Shown here one piece after another: positions 19,930 through 27,194 of a stretch of DNA of 64,000 nt. The translations under genes and the position numbers were made by a program. The first letter of the stretch is position 1, and each line of letters opens with the position of its first letter. Under the pieces are notes generated by a model. The model was given only the letters and a program-made list of their open reading frames with translations, did no database searches and was not told where the DNA came from. The stretch is from a virus. The stretch covers positions 35,772 through 99,771 of IMG/VR virus record IMGVR_UViG_3300017969_000006; one strand, given 5' to 3'.

Positions 19930-20666
19930 AGCCGTGAGGTGCGAGTTTCGAATTGATGTGTCTCACACGCCTCATCAATAAGACGCTTCGTGATAGTTAC
20001 ATACTCAATTGTATCGCTTCTATCCTGATCAGTGAATGGAACTTTATATTTAGTCCCATCCTTCAAATACAACAGTTCGAGTTGATCAGGTTCACATACT
20101 CCGAGTTCACCAATCAGCGTCCCATAAATCCGCAGTTGCAAAAATTTGTCATCGACCCATCGCTTTGCAGGAGTTTTTCCGGTTTTGTAATCGGAAATAA
20201 CATTTGTGTCACCGATGGTTAAACGGTCGATGAAACCCTTCAATGTCACACCATTAATCTGGCCATTCAACTCGTACTCAATGTGGGTTGCGTCAACTTG
20301 CTTAGGGTTCTCGACATTGAAGATGTTCTCCAGACACCACCACGAGTTCCAGCGGAACATTCTGATGACATCTGGATCAGTACCAATCCAAGGCGTTACG
20401 CGTTCGAGCCATTCACTGTTCTCCCACGTGCTCGCAGCAAGTGACTTTAGGTTCGCTAAATTCCTATCGTCGGATGGGAGCACGTAGAAGTATTCCAATG
20501 TTTCATGCACAAAGTTACCCATCAGCGTCGCCTGCGTTGGCTCGTCTGGGATCATGTCGATTTTTGAGAACCGAAACTTCTGCGGACACTGATTGAACGT
20601 GCCCATTGATGATGGCGATAAATGCGGTGGGGGGACTAGAACATCACTACTCGCCATTAGGCTCAA
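19884..20666 (-). CDS. PD-(D/E)XK RecB/Cas4-like exonuclease
   Basis: LSPSS...CP, GNFVH, GFIDR, DYKTGK, CDWCAYKTICP. Confidence 0.9.
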   Translation of the reverse strand: MSLMASSDVLVPPPHLSPSSMGTFNQCPQKFRFSKIDMIPDEPTQATLMGNFVHETLEYFYVLPSDDRNLANLKSLAASTWENSEWLERVTPWIGTDPDVIRMFRWNSWWCLENIFNVENPKQVDATHIEYELNGQINGVTLKGFIDRLTIGDTNVISDYKTGKTPAKRWVDDKFLQLRIYGTLIGELGVCEPDQLELLYLKDGTKYKVPFTDQDRSDTIEYVTITKRLIDEACETHQFETRTSRLCDWCAYKTICPAWR

Positions 20667-21291
20667 CCCATTCCCCGCCCATCATAATGCGAACGCACTC
20701 ACCGATTAGAAACTCCAGATCGACAGCCGACGCGGTTTCCAAAGTGGGCTTAGGGGCGCCGTCGGCATACTCCGACCATACCTGTCCAAGTTCAGCCTTC
20801 TGATCGGCATTCAATTCCTTAGTGTGGCTAATGAAAGAAGTCCACAGTGCGATGATTTCTTCACTAACGACAGGCTTGGAAGCCTCCTCGTCAATGGCCA
20901 AAGCCTCGTCGGTTCGTGCGAGGTAGAGGCCGATACCGAACTGTTGAGCGGCCTTCTTGAGAGCGTCCGAAACGGCGCCCTTGAACTCGTCACCAAGATC
21001 AACAATGTCTCCGTTCTTGGTGCGCTTAATCTTCTGACCGCCAATGCCATCCTTCCAGACCAACGTGCCGTCAATGGTGGTTTCGATGCGAACATGGGCG
21101 ACAATGAAGTCAGGATCAAGTTGGTCTCGGGCGCACGAGATGATCTGGCTACTCCACTTTTCTACACCAAACACCTTGTTCATTCGAGTGATGACTTCAC
21201 TGACGGGAATGTAAGTCAGGTTCGCACCACCCTTTTTAAGGGTCCGTTCAACCTCTCGGGGAAACGGTTCGTACAGGTCATTCAATTCCAT
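20647..21291 (-). CDS. Rad52/Rad22 (Sak-like) single-strand annealing protein
   Basis: LTYIPVSEVITRMNKVFG...FKGAVSDALKKAAQQFGIGLYL. Confidence 0.9.
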   Translation of the reverse strand: MELNDLYEPFPREVERTLKKGGANLTYIPVSEVITRMNKVFGVEKWSSQIISCARDQLDPDFIVAHVRIETTIDGTLVWKDGIGGQKIKRTKNGDIVDLGDEFKGAVSDALKKAAQQFGIGLYLARTDEALAIDEEASKPVVSEEIIALWTSFISHTKELNADQKAELGQVWSEYADGAPKPTLETASAVDLEFLIGECVRIMMGGEWVEPNGE

Positions 21292-21794
21292 TACTTCGCC
21301 TTTCCAATATTGCCCTTGCGGACAATGACGCTGGTTTTTGCTTCTGACTCGCAGTAGTTGTCAGGGTTGATTCCAATTTCATTCAACTTTGATGCACGCC
21401 AATACGAAGGCTGAACAAAGTCCAACATACGCATGGCGACATCCTCCGAAGACATGACAACCTCGCCGGTATCCATGTCAATCGATGATTGAACGATTCT
21501 ACGCACGACGTCGTTTGCAATGTCCTTGTGACGCCACTTTGTGCGAGACGATGACATCTTGCGTTCGATTTCAGCACCGTCACGCAACTTGATGAATTCA
21601 TTGTTTCGCATCAGGACGCCCATTCGTGCTTCGACAGAAGAATAGACGTACGAGAGATCCGTCTTGAGAAGATTCAGTTCGAGCATCAAATTTGCGGCAT
21701 CTTCCACATTGACCTCATCGGACAAATATTCCGCGAGTGCATCATCGAGATCCGCGATTTGACGCCGAAGATCAGCAATCAAGTTAGTAATCAT
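21291..21794 (-). CDS. Hypothetical protein
   Basis: 167 aa coupled to the annealing-protein gene. Confidence 0.6.
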   Translation of the reverse strand: MITNLIADLRRQIADLDDALAEYLSDEVNVEDAANLMLELNLLKTDLSYVYSSVEARMGVLMRNNEFIKLRDGAEIERKMSSSRTKWRHKDIANDVVRRIVQSSIDMDTGEVVMSSEDVAMRMLDFVQPSYWRASKLNEIGINPDNYCESEAKTSVIVRKGNIGKAK

Positions 21795-21826
21795 TGTTCC
21801 CCTTTAATAAGTGTGGGTGGTTGTTG

Positions 21827-23131
21827 TTATACGACGATAGCAACTCTTTTTCGCTGTGGCAACCCCAAACCTGTTAAATGTGTGAACGCCCCCACAGCAG
21901 AGTCGACTTGGTCATCATGTGGCGCGGCCTCCGGGAACGCCGATAACTCATCAAGCCATTCTGTTAACCATGGGGCGCGTACACATCTGACGTTGCCGTT
22001 GGCAACAGCAGCAGCAAATGGCCGTGCGCGCGTAACCTTGTCTCCAGTCGAACGGATTCCAGCAAAATCATAGCCAGACAGCACATATCGAGCATACTGA
22101 TCGACAAGGGCCTTCCCTGATGAACCCGGCTCTTGCTCCATGCGAATCGCAACATGCCTTCCGTCTTCGTACGCCGTTTGAGCGATCAGTTGTTCAACCT
22201 TCTCGCCCTTGACCCTTGCTTTCTTTACATCAAGGATGTATGCGATGCCCTGATCGAACAGCATCAACGTACCCACAGTCCAGTCAGGGTCCGGGTTGGA
22301 CTGTGATGGTTCGGTGGCAGCCAAGTCCCAGAATCGAACAGCCCGGGCAGCAGATGAAATCTCAGGAACCTCATGCTGATCGAGAAGAACAACATTTTCA
22401 CGTTCAAAAAGACTGCCAAGCGTAGTTGACCACCAATCACCTTCTTCGAGCCGGCGTCGCTCAACAGGGTCAAGCGCTTGAAGGGTCTGTCTGTAGGAAG
22501 CAGCGTCGATACCCGGGTTGTCCGTCAACTTCGACGGAACGAAAATCCGGTTGTGTTCGAGACCTTCAACAATGAATCGTTGCCGCACCCAGTTGGGCGC
22601 CGGGTTGGAAGCAGCCCTCATCCGTAGTGGCACCTTGGACAGGGGGCCGTTTGCTGGACGACGCAAACGCGAGAACATGTAGCGGTAGTCCGATTCGCGA
22701 ATCTCGGTGACCTCGTCCATTCCGATAAATTGAAATTCAGCACCCTTATAACGCAAATAGTCCTGCTGATTGTTCAAATACCCGAAAGATATGCGTGCGC
22801 CAGACGGGAAAACTGCCGTGTAGTTATTGGCGTTCCACCGAACGTCATCTTCGGCAGCAATCCAAGATTGGAAACGGTCCATGATTGCTCCGGGCAAAGC
22901 AAGGTCAGCGTAGGTGCGCCTAAACAGGATTGCGCTATACCCGGGCACATCGACATATTGAAGTGCCGACATCAAAAGGGCCGAACTTTTACCGCCACCG
23001 GCCGCTCCGCCAAACAGGGCCTCGAGAGCGTACGTACGCAAAAAGACCTTTTGCGTCAACGATGCGGACTCTGGACAGTACAGCGCTTCCTTCGGCTGCA
23101 AATAATCTAAAACCTTTTGCCAATCTTCCAC
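21827..23131 (-). CDS. terL: Terminase large subunit
   Basis: LFGGAAGGGKS Walker A, IGMDEVTE Walker B, AASNP, RFWDLAA, HDDQVDS nuclease motifs. Confidence 0.93.
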   Translation of the reverse strand: MEDWQKVLDYLQPKEALYCPESASLTQKVFLRTYALEALFGGAAGGGKSSALLMSALQYVDVPGYSAILFRRTYADLALPGAIMDRFQSWIAAEDDVRWNANNYTAVFPSGARISFGYLNNQQDYLRYKGAEFQFIGMDEVTEIRESDYRYMFSRLRRPANGPLSKVPLRMRAASNPAPNWVRQRFIVEGLEHNRIFVPSKLTDNPGIDAASYRQTLQALDPVERRRLEEGDWWSTTLGSLFERENVVLLDQHEVPEISSAARAVRFWDLAATEPSQSNPDPDWTVGTLMLFDQGIAYILDVKKARVKGEKVEQLIAQTAYEDGRHVAIRMEQEPGSSGKALVDQYARYVLSGYDFAGIRSTGDKVTRARPFAAAVANGNVRCVRAPWLTEWLDELSAFPEAAPHDDQVDSAVGAFTHLTGLGLPQRKRVAIVV

Positions 23132-23189
23132 TGAGAGACCTTTCGCGCTATTACCAGAATAGACGACAACGTTGCGCTATGTTGTGAGT

Positions 23190-23387
23190 ATGGCCGAGCA
23201 GATAAAAACGAAGTGGCGACGCATGCGTGAAAAAGTCAACCGCGTTAATGTTGCCAACCTTCTGATGCTATTATTTATAGTGTTTACCAGTATTGGTGTC
23301 GCTCTTGTCGCCCCTTCGGCGGGATGGGGTTTCATTGCTGCTGGTGTAACAAGCGGCATATTCGGCTATCTGCTGGGACTTGAATAA
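23190..23387 (+). CDS. Small two-TM membrane protein preceding the portal
   Basis: Two hydrophobic segments; ATG 23190 lies 6 nt after TATGTT. Confidence 0.6.
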   Translation: MAEQIKTKWRRMREKVNRVNVANLLMLLFIVFTSIGVALVAPSAGWGFIAAGVTSGIFGYLLGLE

Positions 23388-23389
23388 GC

Positions 23390-25375
23390 ATGGCATGGAA
23401 CTCCTTTGAAAAGAAGTCACTCAACAACATTGAGTCGAAAGCCGCACGGGTGTCGGTCGGTGCGCCCATTGCCAACAACCCCAGTTACGCCGGAAAAGGT
23501 TACCGAGACCCTTGGGACATTGAACGTGCGTACAAAGAGGGGATGCAGAAAGTTGTCTGGGTATCGCGATGCATCGACGCGATTGCCGGCAACCAAGCGC
23601 GACTACCAGTAATTCTTCGGCAAAACAATGATCCCGAAGGAAAGATCGTTACCAAAAAGAATCTTGGAAACGGCAGCATTCTCGACATCCTGAACACGAA
23701 GGCGAACGAAGGCGAAAACTCCTTCATCTTCCGTTACAGGCTTTCCGCCCAACTTCTGATGAGCACACGAGGTGCTTTCATTGAGAAGATTAGGGGGCGC
23801 GATGGTCGAATTATCGGGCTGAACTTGCTTCCCCCTCAGTACACGTCACCAATTCCTGACCCGAGGCGCTTCGTTGCTGGCTATGAAGTGCTCATGCCTA
23901 ACGGCGAGAAAATCATCATGAAGCCAGATGATGTCATTTGGATTCGCCGTCCGCACCCCATTGACCCATACCTGTCGATGACTCCAATGGAATCAGCAGG
24001 TATCGCGATCGAAATCGAAAACCTTGCGAAACTTTATAACCGCAACTATCTCATCAACGATGGCCGACCGGGTGGTCTCCTTGTTCTCAAGGGAGAAATC
24101 GACGAGGATGATAAAGATGAACTACGTAATCGTTTCCGAGGAAATCTTGGACGCACCGGCGCAACAACGGTAATCGCCGCTGATGATGGTGTTGACTACG
24201 TCGACACCTCGTCGAGCCCCCGCGATGCTGCTTACATTCAGATGCGGCAAATCACGAAAGAAGAGATTCTCGCCTCCTTCGGCGTGCCTGAATCGGTCAT
24301 CGGTAATGCTGCGGGTCGAACATTCTCGAATGCTGCCGAGGAAATCCGAGTTTTCTGGATTGAGACGATGATGCCTCACTTGGAGCATCTTGCTCGAGGG
24401 CTGGACGAAGCAGACGAGAAGCATTATGTCGACTTCGACACCTCTGAAGTTCCGATCCTTGTGATTTACAAGCAGGAGCGGGAAAGATACCTGCTCGATG
24501 AACTCCAGCAAGGTCTCATCACCCCAAATGAATACCGCGAGGCAACCGGTCGGAAAAAGGTGGAATCAGAACTTGCCGATTCCATGTTGATGAATCCCAA
24601 CCTCACGCCTGTCGGAAACACAGAAAAACCGATGCCCGGGCCAGAAGCGCAAATGGGTGGAGGGGCCCCCGGAATGCCGGGAGCGATGCCGGGAGCGATG
24701 CCCGGACAACCGGGAGAAACGCCAGCGGCAATGCCGCCGCAGCAGCCGGGCGCCGCACCGCTTGATCCAAACACCATGCAGGGCGCTATGGCGGCTGAGC
24801 AGGCTCCGATGGAAACAACTAACGTTGAGCCACCGGAAGGACAGTTGGCGGATCCGGCGTTCGGTAATGTGAATACCAAATCTGACATAGATGCCGATCT
24901 TGAGCGTTGGACTCAAATCCTTGAGCGGTCACTTGAAAGGCTTGTTGAGCGACAGCAGCGAGTTGTGCTTGAAAAAGTAAGTGGTCAGAAAGCGCGAAAA
25001 GCACTTGCCGAGGGAACAATCGATCCGGACAGCGTAATGCCATTAGACGTCTGGACGAAGCAGTTGGAAGAAGACATTCTTCCTGTCTTGAACTCAATTA
25101 TGAAGGACGGGCAGGGTTTTGATGTGAAGTCGGAAAATAACGACGACATGGTTGTTCATGCCAACGCTGCACTCAGTCGCATTAAAACTGTGGTTTCTGA
25201 TACCCGCACGTTTTTGGATATTGAGATCAATAAGTGTATGGCCATTCCAGACGGTGAATTGCGCCTGAAAGTGCTTCGTTCTGCGCTTACAGGGCATTTT
25301 GCCTATCTGATGGGCAAGAAGGTTAACGAGATTGCGACCGCAGAGGCTCGCAGGGCTTGGAAATTGGCCAAGTAG
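23390..25375 (+). CDS. HK97-family portal protein with Pro/Gly/Met linker and C-terminal helical extension
   Basis: WVSRCIDAIA, NDGRPGGLL, EEILASFGVPESVIG, GLITPNEYREATG. Confidence 0.93.
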   Translation: MAWNSFEKKSLNNIESKAARVSVGAPIANNPSYAGKGYRDPWDIERAYKEGMQKVVWVSRCIDAIAGNQARLPVILRQNNDPEGKIVTKKNLGNGSILDILNTKANEGENSFIFRYRLSAQLLMSTRGAFIEKIRGRDGRIIGLNLLPPQYTSPIPDPRRFVAGYEVLMPNGEKIIMKPDDVIWIRRPHPIDPYLSMTPMESAGIAIEIENLAKLYNRNYLINDGRPGGLLVLKGEIDEDDKDELRNRFRGNLGRTGATTVIAADDGVDYVDTSSSPRDAAYIQMRQITKEEILASFGVPESVIGNAAGRTFSNAAEEIRVFWIETMMPHLEHLARGLDEADEKHYVDFDTSEVPILVIYKQERERYLLDELQQGLITPNEYREATGRKKVESELADSMLMNPNLTPVGNTEKPMPGPEAQMGGGAPGMPGAMPGAMPGQPGETPAAMPPQQPGAAPLDPNTMQGAMAAEQAPMETTNVEPPEGQLADPAFGNVNTKSDIDADLERWTQILERSLERLVERQQRVVLEKVSGQKARKALAEGTIDPDSVMPLDVWTKQLEEDILPVLNSIMKDGQGFDVKSENNDDMVVHANAALSRIKTVVSDTRTFLDIEINKCMAIPDGELRLKVLRSALTGHFAYLMGKKVNEIATAEARRAWKLAK

Positions 25376-25409
25376 CAGTTTACGTAAATAACTCGCAGTT
25401 TACGTAAAC
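25375..25409. promoter_or_regulatory. Direct repeat GCAGTTTACGTAAA x2 (20-bp period), each containing palindrome TTTACGTAAA
   Basis: Copies at 25375-25388 and 25395-25408, upstream of the prohead protease. Confidence 0.6.
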
Positions 25410-25485
25410 CCTTTATTTTGCTCGTATTAGTTGCATTACGTCAACTACGCTTCGTTTATTATATTTAGTGTCGAAGGAGCGAAAA

Positions 25486-27168
25486 ATGCCCACTAACGAA
25501 CTTACCGATCTCGAAATCAAAGCAGCGCCAGCCGGCCAGATGACCGTAAATCAGGCAAAAGGCATCGTCGAGGCTTTCGTTGCAGGAATTGGCAACAAAG
25601 ACTCTGTGGGCGATATTTGCGCCTCGGGAGCGTTCAACGCGAGCCTTAAGCGCCGCAAGCCACGCGTGGTGTGGGGACACAACTGGAATGACCCAATCGG
25701 TAAAGTGCTTGAAATCTATGAGGTTCCGGCTACCGACCCCCGCCTTCCGGAAAAGATGAAACGTGCCGGAATCGGTGGACTTTACGCAAAAGTTCAGTTC
25801 AACCTCAACAGTGAAAAAGGACGCGAAGCGTTCGCAAATGTCCAATTTTTCGGTTTAGAGCAAGAATGGTCAATCGGATACAAAACGCTCGACGCCATTT
25901 TCGATCCCGCCAAGCAAGCGAATGTTCTCAAAGAAGTCGAACTTTACGAAGTCAGCCCAGTTCTTCATGGCGCAAACCAGTTGACGGGAACAATTTCCGT
26001 AAAAGCAGCGAAGCAGAAACTGCGCGACCCCAAGGGTGGGCTGACCGCCGCTGGGCGACGTCACTTCAACCAGACCGAAGGATCGAACCTCAAGCCGGGC
26101 GTTAAAGGTCCTGCTGATACGCCGCAAAAAATGCGTCGGAAAGGCTCGTTTCTGACTCGCTTCTTCACAAACCCATCCGGGCCAATGAAAAAGCCGGACG
26201 GCAAGCCGACTCGCCTCGCACTTTCAGCGGCTGCATGGGGCGAACCAGTTCCACAAAACCGCAGTGACGCAGCCAAACTCGCCGCAAAAGGACGTCGACT
26301 CCTTGAACGCTACGAGAATGCGAAGAAAAAAGATGCTGATTGGGACGAGGAGCAAATCGACTATACGGTCTTTGAGAACTTCTTCGCCGAGGATAACCCC
26401 GAGTTCAAAACGCTCGAAACTGACGAGGGATTCTCTATTAACGATATTGAAATCGACGAGGTCGACGAAAAGGGCCACTACATGATGCGTATGGTTCCAC
26501 GCAGAGCCCCAGAAAGCCCCCGCCGTGACATTTTCGCAGAAGGCGAAGCGCAATCCCTCAATGCGGAGAAGCGAAACGCCCTTGAAATGGAAATTGCTTC
26601 ACGAACCCAGATGCCGATCAAACTCATTGAGGCGACGGAAAACTTGGCTGTCTTTGCTAAGAGTAAGCCAGATGGTACTAAGAAGTTTTACCGCCTTCCA
26701 TACCACTGGGACACTGAAACCCAGCAATACATGTTTGGCAAGCCAGAGCGCGTCGAGCCAGCGATGATGTGGCGCCCACGGAAGCCACGCGTCGTCGTCC
26801 CATCACAAATGCCGTCAATGCCGGTTGAAGTAAAGCCTCAAGGTGAAGGGCGAGGCGAGTACAACAACCCTGTAACCGTGAAGTTTGAAGAAGATGAGAA
26901 AAGCGCAATCGATCAAATGATGGAGTGGCTTGATGAATCTGAAGATGTCGAAATGAAGGAAGATGCTGTTCGCTTCATCATCGAATGCGACATGGAAGAT
27001 GCCTTCAACGTGAAATCTGCATTCGACCCAATCTTCGATTACTACAAAGTTGACGTCGAAGTTACTGAAGATGGAATTGAAGTTCTGTCAGAGGCTTCTG
27101 ACGACTTCTTGAATGCCATTGCGGTTGCTTCCAAATCGATCTTCGGGGAGACCGAAAAAAAAGTCTGA
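25486..27168 (+). CDS. HK97-type prohead protease with DUF6321-like domain and acidic tail
   Basis: GNKDSVGD, WGHNW (His), EWSIGY (Ser), ELYEVSPVLHGAN; DPKGGLTAAGR...PTRLAL...W; ATG 25486 with AAGGAG (ORF track start GTG 25468). Confidence 0.92.
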   Translation: MPTNELTDLEIKAAPAGQMTVNQAKGIVEAFVAGIGNKDSVGDICASGAFNASLKRRKPRVVWGHNWNDPIGKVLEIYEVPATDPRLPEKMKRAGIGGLYAKVQFNLNSEKGREAFANVQFFGLEQEWSIGYKTLDAIFDPAKQANVLKEVELYEVSPVLHGANQLTGTISVKAAKQKLRDPKGGLTAAGRRHFNQTEGSNLKPGVKGPADTPQKMRRKGSFLTRFFTNPSGPMKKPDGKPTRLALSAAAWGEPVPQNRSDAAKLAAKGRRLLERYENAKKKDADWDEEQIDYTVFENFFAEDNPEFKTLETDEGFSINDIEIDEVDEKGHYMMRMVPRRAPESPRRDIFAEGEAQSLNAEKRNALEMEIASRTQMPIKLIEATENLAVFAKSKPDGTKKFYRLPYHWDTETQQYMFGKPERVEPAMMWRPRKPRVVVPSQMPSMPVEVKPQGEGRGEYNNPVTVKFEEDEKSAIDQMMEWLDESEDVEMKEDAVRFIIECDMEDAFNVKSAFDPIFDYYKVDVEVTEDGIEVLSEASDDFLNAIAVASKSIFGETEKKV

Positions 27169-27194
27169 GGGGTCGCGCTCAAAGTTTCGACCCC
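27154..27194 (+). other. Putative -1 programmed frameshift signal (A AAA AAA + 6-nt spacer + GGGGTCG/CGACCCC hairpin)
   Basis: A8 at 27155-27162; stem 27169-27175 pairs with 27188-27194; the -1 frame is open into ORF 27315..30038. Confidence 0.7.

Noticed and set aside
19884-20666. Cas4-like gene as evidence of CRISPR-Cas
   Set aside because: It is paired with a Rad52-like annealing protein in a recombination module; no array or other cas genes seen.
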